64,000 nucleotides of DNA, taken from an uncultured Actinomycetes bacterium. GTDB lineage: Bacteria > Actinomycetota > Actinomycetes > Nanopelagicales > Nanopelagicaceae. Shown here piece by piece: positions 39,230 through 49,261 of this stretch (positions within the stretch are counted from its first letter, which is position 1; every line of letters starts with the position of its first letter). The stretch covers positions 2,159 to 66,158 of the forward strand of contig CAIJYZ010000093.1 in NCBI GenBank assembly GCA_903825015.1. The letters run 5' to 3'. The notes beneath the pieces were generated by a model, which did no database searches, was not told where the DNA came from, and saw nothing but the letters and a program-made list of their open reading frames with translations. The position numbers were made by a program, and so were the translations under genes.

Positions 39230-40540
39230 CTAGGGATTAAGGACACGTATGTTCGAACTTGGTATCTCCACTTTAGACAAAACGCTCCCGGCCTGGACAG
39301 GAATAAAACCATAACCATTATCTGAGGAGACCAATGCACCGGCATATGTATCTTTACTAGTTGCAACAATCGTTATGGATCGCGAATTGGCAGGTACTCG
39401 CCACGTGGCAATGTCGCTGCCTTTAATTACGGAGGCAAAGGTCTTTCCATTAACCAGTTTTGTTTCAACCTTGACAGAGATTGAATCCCCCGCAAATGCG
39501 ATCAGAGGCGAGAGCCCTGTTACGGCAAGGGTCAGCGGAGTCAGCGGTGCTGTTGCCGTGCTCCATACAAAGTCCTTATGCCCCTTAATCTGCACAGTTG
39601 ATGAAATTGAGGCAACAATTGGTTCTTGGGAAGTAATACGAACAGCAAAGCTACTAGCTGAGAGTTTGGGAGTAAGTGCAAATTCAGTGACTACTCCTGC
39701 AACAATTGCACGAGAATTAAATCCGACAGGAACAAAACGCCCATCTGCCGTCAAAAGTTCTAGCGTAAAACTTGTATCGACATCGCCAGGTGCAACAATT
39801 CGCAACGTATGAACTGATGAAGCTTTCTGTCCTGTTTTCGATATTTGATTAGGGATTGCAGGTATAACAATCTTCTTTGCAGCTGAAGCAACTGGATTTA
39901 CGAAATCGCCGCCCAAGGCCTTTAACCCAGATCCTTGTTCGTCAATCATAAAGGCATTTACTCGACCCGAACGAGGAACTATTTGAACTGCAAGTGATTT
40001 ATCTCCTGGTGCTAAAGAATCCAAAGAGAGTTGCATGTAACTTTTCGATTTTAAGTTTATGGATTTTAATGGTTGCTTACCATTTTCAGAAAAAGTTTGA
40101 ATATCAACAATCGCATCACTTAAACCGCTATTTGCCAGCATAAGACGGCCCTTGGTTGTCACGTTTGCAGTGCCACCGGAAAACCATTGAGATGCCTCGG
40201 GTCCGGAACAAATTGTTCCTCCGGCCCAACTTCCGGAGCGGCTTTGCCATACAACTGGTGTGACACCTTGTGCAGAAATCACTAAGGAATCTTTAACAAC
40301 AGAGTAGCGAAGGGAATTAAAAGGAATAGTTTTACTGCTGCGGTTATCAAGGCGTTGATACTGAGTCTTGCGAGATGAGATTGAAATTTGCGAGTTCAAA
40401 CCATTAAGCGTTGGCGGGCACACTACGGCCGAATAAGACTGTGAGTAATCGCTGCCCTTAACTGCCACATGGAGAACAGATGCTGTTGAAAAAGATAATA
40501 CAAGCACTAGAAGAAGAATCAGTGAGCTTTTAAATTTCAC
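39230..40540 (-). CDS. Secreted beta-rich protein (DUF5719-like)
   Basis: N-terminal TM, CP..C pair, QWF.GG; typical partner of the upstream GT2. Confidence 0.7.
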   Translation of the reverse strand: MKFKSSLILLLVLVLSFSTASVLHVAVKGSDYSQSYSAVVCPPTLNGLNSQISISSRKTQYQRLDNRSSKTIPFNSLRYSVVKDSLVISAQGVTPVVWQSRSGSWAGGTICSGPEASQWFSGGTANVTTKGRLMLANSGLSDAIVDIQTFSENGKQPLKSINLKSKSYMQLSLDSLAPGDKSLAVQIVPRSGRVNAFMIDEQGSGLKALGGDFVNPVASAAKKIVIPAIPNQISKTGQKASSVHTLRIVAPGDVDTSFTLELLTADGRFVPVGFNSRAIVAGVVTEFALTPKLSASSFAVRITSQEPIVASISSTVQIKGHKDFVWSTATAPLTPLTLAVTGLSPLIAFAGDSISVKVETKLVNGKTFASVIKGSDIATWRVPANSRSITIVATSKDTYAGALVSSDNGYGFIPVQAGSVLSKVEIPSSNIRVLNP

Positions 40541-43500
40541 GCCAACTCCTTTTCTGAAATCTCTCGTTTTCTACGTCCAGCCGGTAGCGCCAGAATTACT
40601 ATGAGAGCCCAAGAAATCAACTGCAAAGAAAGCCAAGCGCGGCGAGTAGTCCCGTCATGAATTAGAGAAATTTCTCCAGATTCGGTAACCGCAAATTGCG
40701 GCAATCCGTGTTCGTTAATTACGCGATCTAATCGATATCCATTCTCTAATATTTGCCAAGATCGATCGTAAGTCTCCGTTAATGTAATTGAACCCGGACC
40801 AGGAACCGTTGTCCGTGCACCAATTTCTCCGGCCTCTAGAATCGAACGCGTTCCATTTTTTGCAGTAAAAATCAATCGTCCCGTAACTCCGGATACTCGC
40901 CATACAACTCCGGCTGACGTGGCAGATGTTCTAGCGAATCCGCCCAGACCATCAATTGTGCGAATAACAGTGCGACTAAATGGATTTTTAACGAAGACAT
41001 ATTTAATTCCATGCGCAGCAAAAATTTGGCTACTGGAAATTCCAGATCCATCAATGAGTTCCTGCGCAGCAATTTCAATTTCACGAACTTGACCAGGAGC
41101 AACATCCGGCTCTCCCAAAGTGATGTCCCCGCCTCGAGCGATGTAATACTGAATCGTTTTTGAACCTGTTGCGCCGATTTCGCGCAATACAAGAGTTTTA
41201 GTATCAGCTTCTGCCGTTAAAAATGCAGGCATTACAGTTTTTAAATTACTTTGCATTGGCGAGTTAGCACCGGATCCAATCGACCAACCGATGCCCATTA
41301 CCAAATACACGCCCGTAACAAGAAGTAATAGTGCTGCAAGAATGTGACGGTAATGGATGTTGCTTGCAATCAAAATGCTGCGAAGTCGATCAAGAATTAT
41401 GACGCCGGCTGCAGCTGCAGACAAAGTTACTACAACCAGAAGCGAGCCCGTCCAAACCACGCTTTGGCTTCCATTTCCGTGCACTGTAATTGAAAATCCG
41501 GAAATTAGTACTGAAGCACTCAAGAAGCCAACGCCGTACTGTGAAACTTGTCGTGCACTACTTGAGGTGAAAAGTGCAACAACAAGAATAAGAAGAATTG
41601 GACTCAGAATCCACCAGGGTAAAGATCCCACTCCGCCGGGATTTCCAAGGAGAACAAGGTTAGTTTTGCCACCAGGAATAGATAAACCAGGCTCGGCAAA
41701 GAATCTAGCTGGCCTGGCAAGTGCTTCAAATGAATACGGTGCAACCATGACAAAGGGCGCGATTACAAGAGTCATGCGCTTGTAAATACGGGTTAGGAAT
41801 AATGACTTTGTTAATTTGAGTCGATAATCCCTAATTAATGCAATCACAATAATTACAAGAGTGGCCAGTACTGTCAGCAAAGTAAATGAGTTGAGGACTG
41901 CCAGCAAAATCGATAGTCCATAAATTCGACGCCAGCTTTCATTTTCAATATTGGCCCAAGATTTAAGTATTTTTGGAACCTGAGGCGCCAAGATCAAAAC
42001 CACAACCGTTGCTAAACGTCCAGAATTAATTGAAGCCATTGATACCGGCGATAGTGCATACAGGGCACTAGCTGTGACTGTTATATATGTATTTTTGGAA
42101 AAGCTGCGAAGGTAACTTTGGGCCGACCACATCATAAGTAATGGCGCGGAAAGAAATAGAAATGTAATTAGGAATGGGACTTTTCCAAGAACAAAGATTG
42201 AAGCAATGGCCAATAATGCAATCCAAGGTGGTGACGCATGTGAGCTTCCCATTCCAACTTGGTGCCACGATTCAAAGTAATTTTTCCAAAGATCACGTGC
42301 TCCACTTGGTGAGGGCGGCAACGCTGCACCAATTAATGCACCTATTCGATTACGTGAAGCAACCAGAGTTATGAGCGCTAAAGATAAATATCCAATAACT
42401 TCCGGATTGCGCAGTAGATTTCGCCACTGGTATTTCCTTGTTGGTACCAATAAATCTTCGTCATCCAATGAATCTAATACCGATGAAGTGGCGCTCTCGG
42501 AGACTGGAAGAACTTTGGCACGGATAGCTTCTGCAATGCGCCCAGTTGATAAACGAATCTGTGACCACCGTGGCGGAATGTAAGCAGAAATTACTCGAGC
42601 AGAAACCAAACGCTTAGCTTTTCTATCTCTTCTGGCTCTAACAATGGTTGCTGGTCGGATAATCAAGGTAGCAACTGCTAAGAGTTCATCGGCTGCGTAT
42701 CCAGGTAATTTTGCTAGCAAGTAACCAGCCGAACGCGCCATAGTCGAACCTAAAAGTTGAATTGCTAGCCAGGGCAGAATCCACCATGAGGAGTTGGCGA
42801 GAAGGACATAGGCAGCGTTACGACGATCGAGCAAGAGTGGGCGATGCAAGAATGCACCTGCGACATCTACTTGTCGTCGCTCAGTTGCCGATGCTTGGGC
42901 GTGATAAACGACTGCCTCTGTTGTAGCAATCACCGAATGACCGGCAACTCGTGCGCGCCAACCGAAATCTATGTCATCTCTAAAAAGTGAGAGGTTGGAA
43001 TCGAATCCACCTATTTCTTCGAAAATATCACGGCGAATTAGTGCACCTGCTGTACTAACTGAAAGCACATCATGAATGCCGTCATGTTGGCCCTGGTCAT
43101 ACTCGAGAATTTCAAGTCCGGTCCAACGCGCACCATTGCCAGCGATACTTATTCCTGCTTCAAGTAAGTGCGTTCGATCATGCCATCCAAGAAGTTTTGG
43201 TCCGACCATTGCTACTTGTGGACGGTCTTGAATTGCTTCAAGAAGTTTTTCAAGTGCCAATGGTGCAGGTGCGCAATCATCATGAATAAGCCAAATCCAC
43301 TCACTGCTTCCTTCGATTTGTGCAGGCAAATTGGCAACTGCGAGTGCAACGGCATCACCAAACCCGCAGTCACGAGGCGCTGAGATAAATGGAATTCGGG
43401 CAGAACTAATTAACTTCGTAGATGCATCATGTGAATCGGTGTCAACGGCGACAATCTGATTGATAGATCGGGTTTGTGATGCAAGAGCTGCAACGACTGC

Positions 43501-43569
43501 AGGAAGCCAAGTTTCGCCGTCGTGAGTAACAACTATTGCGGTGACTAAATGTTTATCGGCTAGTGCCAC
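40537..43569 (-). CDS. Large membrane glycosyltransferase family 2 protein
   Basis: VTHDGETWL, WLIHDD, GPKL, DDIDFGWR, followed by many TM helices. Confidence 0.88.
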   Translation of the reverse strand: MALADKHLVTAIVVTHDGETWLPAVVAALASQTRSINQIVAVDTDSHDASTKLISSARIPFISAPRDCGFGDAVALAVANLPAQIEGSSEWIWLIHDDCAPAPLALEKLLEAIQDRPQVAMVGPKLLGWHDRTHLLEAGISIAGNGARWTGLEILEYDQGQHDGIHDVLSVSTAGALIRRDIFEEIGGFDSNLSLFRDDIDFGWRARVAGHSVIATTEAVVYHAQASATERRQVDVAGAFLHRPLLLDRRNAAYVLLANSSWWILPWLAIQLLGSTMARSAGYLLAKLPGYAADELLAVATLIIRPATIVRARRDRKAKRLVSARVISAYIPPRWSQIRLSTGRIAEAIRAKVLPVSESATSSVLDSLDDEDLLVPTRKYQWRNLLRNPEVIGYLSLALITLVASRNRIGALIGAALPPSPSGARDLWKNYFESWHQVGMGSSHASPPWIALLAIASIFVLGKVPFLITFLFLSAPLLMMWSAQSYLRSFSKNTYITVTASALYALSPVSMASINSGRLATVVVLILAPQVPKILKSWANIENESWRRIYGLSILLAVLNSFTLLTVLATLVIIVIALIRDYRLKLTKSLFLTRIYKRMTLVIAPFVMVAPYSFEALARPARFFAEPGLSIPGGKTNLVLLGNPGGVGSLPWWILSPILLILVVALFTSSSARQVSQYGVGFLSASVLISGFSITVHGNGSQSVVWTGSLLVVVTLSAAAAGVIILDRLRSILIASNIHYRHILAALLLLVTGVYLVMGIGWSIGSGANSPMQSNLKTVMPAFLTAEADTKTLVLREIGATGSKTIQYYIARGGDITLGEPDVAPGQVREIEIAAQELIDGSGISSSQIFAAHGIKYVFVKNPFSRTVIRTIDGLGGFARTSATSAGVVWRVSGVTGRLIFTAKNGTRSILEAGEIGARTTVPGPGSITLTETYDRSWQILENGYRLDRVINEHGLPQFAVTESGEISLIHDGTTRRAWLSLQLISWALIVILALPAGRRKREISEKELA

Positions 43570-43611
43570 AGTACAAACCCTCTAACCCTTCAAAAGAGTT
43601 GGGATTAAGAA

Positions 43612-43911
43612 TTACGCAGAACGGCGCTTTAAGCGACGGCGTTCGCGTTCTGATAGTCCACCCCAAATTCCAAAACGTTCATCATGTGCGAGCGCATATT
43701 CCAAGCACTCAGAACGAACATCGCAAGAGAGACAGACGCGTTTGGCCTCACGAGTTGAGCCGCCCTTTTCAGGAAAGAATGCCTCTGGATCTGTTTGAGC
43801 ACACAGTGCTCGTTCCTGCCAAGAGAGTTCAACACTCTCGCCAGTAGCTAATGTGACTTTTGGGCCAGTCGTGGGGGTCGGGGAGTTCGTGGCTTCAGGT
43901 TTAATCGGCAT
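43612..43911 (-). CDS. whiB2: WhiB family regulator (WhiB/WhiB2-WhmD)
   Basis: WQERALCAQTDPEAFFPEKGGSTREAK, GIWGGLSERERR. Confidence 0.93.
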   Translation of the reverse strand: MPIKPEATNSPTPTTGPKVTLATGESVELSWQERALCAQTDPEAFFPEKGGSTREAKRVCLSCDVRSECLEYALAHDERFGIWGGLSERERRRLKRRSA

Positions 43912-43975
43912 AGTCGATTCTCCTTGAATAGCTTCATGGTCTCGTCCCTCATGGAAAAGACTTACTTAAGAGTGA

Positions 43976-44004
43976 ATTACACGCTTGTAAGTCACATAAG
44001 TCAA
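43976..44004 (-). promoter_or_regulatory. Putative housekeeping promoter of whiB2
   Basis: TTGACT-N17-TGTAAT. Confidence 0.5.
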
Positions 44005-44042
44005 GTGCGGGTTCCCCCGTGGATGCCAAATTCAAGCGTAAT

Positions 44043-45050
44043 TTATTGCGGAATTTCAATAATTTCATTATTTGTTACAAATGACGAGGATATCTGGGCA
44101 AAATTTTGCACGTTGGCACCAGTAGCGATAAAGGAGTTTTTGATTATGGCATTGGCGCCGATGCTGGCTCCAGCCTCAATAATCGATCCGCAAATCTGGG
44201 CACTTGCAGCTATAACGGCGCCTTTTGAGATGCAACTGCCCCCATCGATGACGGCAGTTGGATCAACATCAGCACCTTTCATAACCAAAGAGTGAATTGT
44301 GTGGCTTTGAACAAGCTCAGCAGTTAAGGCAGAAGAATCGGCTACTCCAACTACTAAATCCACTGAACCTTTTAGAAGAGCTCTAGGAGTACCTATATCT
44401 AACCAATATGAATCATCGATGAAACCAAATACCTTTCCATGCTTGGCGACAAGTTCTGGGAAAGTTTGTCGTTCTACACTTACCACTGTGTCTTCTGGAA
44501 TAGAGTCGATGATCTTAGATTTAAATACATAACAGCCGGCATTAATTGTATTAGTAATTGGGTTTTCCATTTTTTCTAGAAATGCTGTGACACGTCCATC
44601 AGAATCAGTGGGAACGCAGCCGTACGCACGAGCATCATCGACGGCAGTTAAGTGCAGAGTTATATCTGCATCATTTGTTTCGTGTTCAAGGATCTGTTGA
44701 GCCAAGTTATGCGAACTCAAGACATCTCCATTAAAGACAACTATTGATTCATCACCGGTAATTAGTTTTGCAGCGTTTCGAATTGCTCCGCCAGTTCCAA
44801 GTGGCTCTTTTTCAACCGCGTAGAGAAGATTCATTCCCCACTTGGATCCATCACCAAAATATGGAATAAATACTTCTGAGAGATATGAGGTCGCTAATAC
44901 AACCGTAGAGATTCCTGCTCTTTTCGCCATTGCTAACTGGTGTTCAGTAACTGGTAATCCAGCAACTGTAAGCATTGGTTTCGGTGTATTTTTAGTAAGC
45001 GGCATTAAGCGGGTTCCAAAGCCACCTACAAGCAGAATTCCTACGGCCAT
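44043..45050 (-). CDS. manC: Mannose-1-phosphate guanylyltransferase / NDP-sugar synthase
   Basis: GGFGTRL, PKPML, EPLGTGG, INAGCY, WLDIGTP, hexapeptide-repeat tail. Confidence 0.88.
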   Translation of the reverse strand: MAVGILLVGGFGTRLMPLTKNTPKPMLTVAGLPVTEHQLAMAKRAGISTVVLATSYLSEVFIPYFGDGSKWGMNLLYAVEKEPLGTGGAIRNAAKLITGDESIVVFNGDVLSSHNLAQQILEHETNDADITLHLTAVDDARAYGCVPTDSDGRVTAFLEKMENPITNTINAGCYVFKSKIIDSIPEDTVVSVERQTFPELVAKHGKVFGFIDDSYWLDIGTPRALLKGSVDLVVGVADSSALTAELVQSHTIHSLVMKGADVDPTAVIDGGSCISKGAVIAASAQICGSIIEAGASIGANAIIKNSFIATGANVQNFAQISSSFVTNNEIIEIPQ

Positions 45051-45053
45051 TTC

Positions 45054-46118
45054 TTAACCTTTTAAACGAATAACTGCATCAGCTATCTGAGCATCAGTAA
45101 CCGTCATTGCAACTCGAATGTGGTTCTTGCCCTTGTCCCCATAGAAACTGCCTGGAGTTGCAAGAATTCCGCGCGATGCGAGCCAATCAACACTTGTCCA
45201 AGCGTCTTCATCGCGAGTGCACCAGATGTATAAACCTGAAGTACTAAATTCAATACGAAAACCGCAGGCTTCAAGTGCAGGACGCAAGGCATCTCTTCGG
45301 GCGTTATAGCGGTCCCGCTGCTGGGCAACGTGGTTATCATCAGCAAGAGCAGCAGTCATGGCCTTCTGAACGGGTAACGCAACCATCATTCCCGCATGCT
45401 TTCGAAGCTCGCGAATCTTTGCGATAAGGGCGGAATCGCCAATTAAAAAAGCTGCACGATAGCCTGCCATTGATGAACGTTTGGAAAGTGAGTGCACGGC
45501 GAGAATATTTTTATTATCGCCTCCAGTTAGAGATAAAATCGAGGTAGACGTAGCCGTGTGATCGAACTCTAAGTAACACTCATCGGAGATCAATACCGCA
45601 TTATTGCTTCGAGACCATTCGATACAAGAGTTGATCTCATCGATGCTATGCACCCGCCCTGTTGGATTTGATGGAGAATTCATCCACGCTAAGTCCGCGG
45701 TTGGCCAACTCTTTGCATCAATCTCAACTGGAATTGATTGGGCTTTAGCAATCAACGCGCCCACGTGATAAGTCGGGTAGGCGATTTCGGGAATCAATAC
45801 TTTTTGCGATTCCAGAATTGTAGGAAGCCATGCCACTAACTCTTTTGAGCCAATCAACGGCAAAACATCAAAATCACCAGTTGCACCCAAACGTGAAACT
45901 GCCCAGCTACGAATTGCTGCCCGCAGTTCTGGAGTTCCTGCAGTTACGGGATAACTTGGGGAGTTAGAAGATTCACGCAGAGCATCTTGAATGAAATCTG
46001 GAGTTGGGTCGACGGGAGTTCCGACAGATAGATCGATAATCCCGTCAGGGTGGGCGCGAGCTTTGTCGCCAAATGGAGCAAGTGCATCCCAGGGAAAATC
46101 TGGGAGAGAAGAGCGCAA
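45054..46118 (-). CDS. dapC: Succinyldiaminopimelate transaminase
   Basis: LPDFPWD, DLSVGTPVD, GSKEL, SDECY, HSLSKRS; follows fdxA. Confidence 0.93.
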   Translation of the reverse strand: MRSSLPDFPWDALAPFGDKARAHPDGIIDLSVGTPVDPTPDFIQDALRESSNSPSYPVTAGTPELRAAIRSWAVSRLGATGDFDVLPLIGSKELVAWLPTILESQKVLIPEIAYPTYHVGALIAKAQSIPVEIDAKSWPTADLAWMNSPSNPTGRVHSIDEINSCIEWSRSNNAVLISDECYLEFDHTATSTSILSLTGGDNKNILAVHSLSKRSSMAGYRAAFLIGDSALIAKIRELRKHAGMMVALPVQKAMTAALADDNHVAQQRDRYNARRDALRPALEACGFRIEFSTSGLYIWCTRDEDAWTSVDWLASRGILATPGSFYGDKGKNHIRVAMTVTDAQIADAVIRLKG

Positions 46119-46124
46119 GAAGTG

Positions 46125-46445
46125 TTACTCGCTCTTAGGTGGGAGCGCTTTTACAAATTCATGATCGGTGCCGGTCGCACCGACTTTGCTGGCTCCACCT
46201 GGTGAACCAATTTCAACGAAGAACTCAGTGTTAACTTTTCCGAACTCTTTCCACTGTGGTGGAACATCATCTTCATAGTAAATAGCCTCTACCGGGCAGA
46301 CCGGCTCGCAAGCACCGCAATCTACGCATTCATCGGCTTGGATATAGAGCATGCGATCACCTTCATAGATGCAGTCCACAGGACACTCAGCGATGCAGGA
46401 TTTATCTTTTACATCGACACATGGTTCGGCGATCACATAAGTCAC
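46125..46445 (-). CDS. fdxA: 7Fe ferredoxin
   Basis: MTYVIAEPCVDVKDKSC..CPVDCIY, CVDCGACEPVCP. Confidence 0.96.
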   Translation of the reverse strand: MTYVIAEPCVDVKDKSCIAECPVDCIYEGDRMLYIQADECVDCGACEPVCPVEAIYYEDDVPPQWKEFGKVNTEFFVEIGSPGGASKVGATGTDHEFVKALPPKSE

Positions 46446-46543
46446 GACTTGCCTCCGTAAGAAAAAATAGTAGCCAACGCTCAGATTGTAATCGCATACT
46501 CTCTCCCAAAGCGATATTTGATGTTAACGATTATCGTTGAGCC

Positions 46544-46744
46544 ATGGCCCATGGACTCGAAGCCAGATTTACTACCCTCATCGGCAAGCGCGTCACCATC
46601 CGCTTGCATGATCCAGAGGGTGGCTTTCGCGACATCGTGGGTTATCTAGAGTCCCCCGTCACACTTCGCAATCGACACGGAGTGCTCGTCGATTTTTCCG
46701 ATGGACAGATAGCGCTATGGAAAGAAGTGGTGGAAAAGAAGTGA
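46544..46744 (+). CDS. Small hypothetical protein (66 aa)
   Basis: Leaderless TATCGT-6-ATG; GKRVTIR..FRDIVGYL; GTGA overlap with cysS. Confidence 0.65.
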   Translation: MAHGLEARFTTLIGKRVTIRLHDPEGGFRDIVGYLESPVTLRNRHGVLVDFSDGQIALWKEVVEKK

Positions 46745-48099
46745 GCCTTTCACTCTATGACACAGCTAGTCGAAAAGTGCAGATTGTTGCGGCTACAAAT
46801 GGCACGGTGACCATGTATTGCTGTGGGCCGACGGTTTACAGAGACGCACACGTCGGAAACATGCGGACTTTCTTGCTTTCGGATTTAGTACGACGAGTTC
46901 TTGAAATGCATGGCAATAAAGTGGAGCTAATTCAAAACATTACTGATGTAGGGCACATGTCAGAAGATCATGATTCACAAGACAAAATGCTTGCGCAAGC
47001 AATCACTGAGAAAAAGGATCCATTTGAAATAGCTCGAAAATATGAAGCGCGGTTTCATAAAGATTTGCTTCAATTAAATATCAAACCTGCGCAGCATTAT
47101 CCACGAGCAAGTGAGTCAATTGAGTTAATGCAAGCAATGATTGCCCAACTTATAGTTTTAGGATTTGCCTATATTGGCGAAGATGCGAGCGTCTATTTTG
47201 ATGCTCAATCATTTGCTTCCTATGGTGCGATAAGTGGCAATCGACTTGATGCACTCAAACCTGGACATCGATATGAATACACTGAAGATGGCGCTAAGAG
47301 ATTTCATGCCGATTGGGCGTTATGGAAAAGCTCCGGTGCGCGCAGCGAAATGATCTGGGACTCTCCGTGGGGGCCCGGATTTCCTGGATGGCACATTGAA
47401 TGCTCAGCTATGTCTTTGCATTATTTGCAGGGACACGTAAATCTTCATGTGGGCGGCATAGATTTGCGCTTTCCACATCATGAAAACGAGCGAGCTCAAT
47501 CAAATGCAATTACTGGCAATGAAAGTGTTGATTTATGGCTGCACGGTGAGCACTTACTTTTCGAAGGACGCAAGATGTCAAAAAGCTCCGGCAATGTTGT
47601 GCTTCTGCAAGAGGTAATCGAACGCGGCTTTGATCCACTTGCAGTTCGATTGTGTTTCTTAGAAAACCGATATCGATCTCAGATGGATTTAACATGGTCA
47701 GCAATTGAAGCTGCCGACGCCACTGTTAAGCGGTGGCGCAAGAAGATTGCGAGTTGGGGAATTGGCGAAATTACAGAGGATTACGCCTTCCTTGAGATAG
47801 TCGATAATGACCTTGATACACCTAGGGCCATTCAATATCTGCGCACCATTGAAAAAGATGAAACTCTGAGTGATCGTTCCTCTCGATTCCTATTTGCCGA
47901 TCAACTCTTGGGTCTTGAGTTAAACAGGCTTGAGGCAATAACGCCGCTCTCTGATGAACAAACTCAACTTCTAAATTTAAGATTAAAAGCTAGAAATGAA
48001 AAACTTTGGAAAGAAAGTGATGAATTGAGAATCAAGCTAGAGGAAACGGGTTTAGAGATTAAAGATACAAAAGATGGGCAAGCGTGGAACTGGCGCTAG
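46741..48099 (+). CDS. cysS: Cysteine--tRNA ligase
   Basis: CGPTVY, HVGN, PGWHIECS, FPHHENE, KMSKS, C-terminal anticodon-binding helix. Confidence 0.92.
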   Translation: MSLSLYDTASRKVQIVAATNGTVTMYCCGPTVYRDAHVGNMRTFLLSDLVRRVLEMHGNKVELIQNITDVGHMSEDHDSQDKMLAQAITEKKDPFEIARKYEARFHKDLLQLNIKPAQHYPRASESIELMQAMIAQLIVLGFAYIGEDASVYFDAQSFASYGAISGNRLDALKPGHRYEYTEDGAKRFHADWALWKSSGARSEMIWDSPWGPGFPGWHIECSAMSLHYLQGHVNLHVGGIDLRFPHHENERAQSNAITGNESVDLWLHGEHLLFEGRKMSKSSGNVVLLQEVIERGFDPLAVRLCFLENRYRSQMDLTWSAIEAADATVKRWRKKIASWGIGEITEDYAFLEIVDNDLDTPRAIQYLRTIEKDETLSDRSSRFLFADQLLGLELNRLEAITPLSDEQTQLLNLRLKARNEKLWKESDELRIKLEETGLEIKDTKDGQAWNWR

Positions 48100-48407
48100 G
48101 CCGGTAGCAATATTGCAATAACAAGAGCTAAGAATCCGCAGTTTATAAGTGAGATTCCTACTGCAGTTCCTTCAATTAAATACTCTTCGTTGATACCAGG
48201 AAAACCAGCTCGGAGTACAACAACAGTCCACGTTGCTGAGGCGATTATGCGCAAAACCTTGCCGCCCCACATTCGCCCAATACTCCATATTCCAGCAACG
48301 GTTGAAAGTAAAACAAATATCAATCCGAATGGAACTAGCGATGCATGCATAAATACCGAGCCCGCACCAAGTCCAGCGCCAATTAATACTGAATAGAAAT
48401 ACCGCAT
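48096..48407 (-). CDS. Small membrane protein (DUF6113-like)
   Basis: About 4 hydrophobic segments, directly downstream of mshB. Confidence 0.6.
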   Translation of the reverse strand: MRYFYSVLIGAGLGAGSVFMHASLVPFGLIFVLLSTVAGIWSIGRMWGGKVLRIIASATWTVVVLRAGFPGINEEYLIEGTAVGISLINCGFLALVIAILLPA

Positions 48408-49261
48408 TAAATATGTACTCCTGAAGTCAGATCGCTCTCGCGACCTTGTGCATCAAATGGAGCGCTTTTTTCGCCTTTAACAAGGGTGTAATACTCATGT
48501 CCCCATACCTGTAATCCAAGGTTATTTGAGAGCGCAAAAAATGGCCCATCCAGACTAATCTGAGTTTCATGAGCTTTCATCGCTTCCATCTTCGCATCAA
48601 CGAAATCACTGCCATCGATAAGTGAAGTCACTAGAGAATCATCTTTAGCAAATGGAAGATCATCAACGCTCTCTGCACCAAAGAAATCTGATCCAATTTC
48701 TTTCATCTTTGCAATTCCTTGGGCGATTACGGACTTCGGCATTGTGTTCCAATAAATCTTTTGTATCTGCCACTCTGATAATTCAGATGCCCGCATTGCT
48801 ACTCGGTGGGCTTGGATGTGATCCGGATGGCCATATCCGCCAAACTCGTCATATGTAATTAAAATATGTGGCTTTACTTCTTCAATGATTGAAACTAATT
48901 GACTTGCAGCGGAATCAAGATCTGCCTGCCAAAATACATCAGGCCGATTGTTAGGTTCGGTTCCCATCATCCCGCTATCGCGATAATTTCCCAGAAATCT
49001 AAAGTCCTTAATTCCTAATGCCTTCATGGCATTTGCTAGTTCAACCTCACGGTGATTGCCCAGTAAATCTTCTTGCGTGCTTGATAGGTGAATCAACCCA
49101 GGAACCAATACTTCGCCTTCTTCGCCGCGCGTACAGGTAACAAGAGTTACAGATGCGCCGAGTGATGCATAAAGCGCCATCGTGGCCCCATTATTTATTG
49201 TTTCATCATCAGGATGCGCATGCACAAGAAGAATTCGATAACCTTCATATGAATTTTTCAT
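48407..49261 (-). CDS. mshB: GlcNAc-Ins deacetylase (mycothiol synthesis)
   Basis: VHAHPDDET, RDSGM, GGYGHPDH, FALSN. Confidence 0.92.
   Translation of the reverse strand: MKNSYEGYRILLVHAHPDDETINNGATMALYASLGASVTLVTCTRGEEGEVLVPGLIHLSSTQEDLLGNHREVELANAMKALGIKDFRFLGNYRDSGMMGTEPNNRPDVFWQADLDSAASQLVSIIEEVKPHILITYDEFGGYGHPDHIQAHRVAMRASELSEWQIQKIYWNTMPKSVIAQGIAKMKEIGSDFFGAESVDDLPFAKDDSLVTSLIDGSDFVDAKMEAMKAHETQISLDGPFFALSNNLGLQVWGHEYYTLVKGEKSAPFDAQGRESDLTSGVHI

Noticed and set aside
46741-48099. CysRS-like gene beside mshB as mycothiol ligase MshC
   Set aside because: It has CGPTVY/HVGN and the C-terminal anticodon-binding helix of true CysRS; MshC has CGITPY/HLGH and lacks that domain
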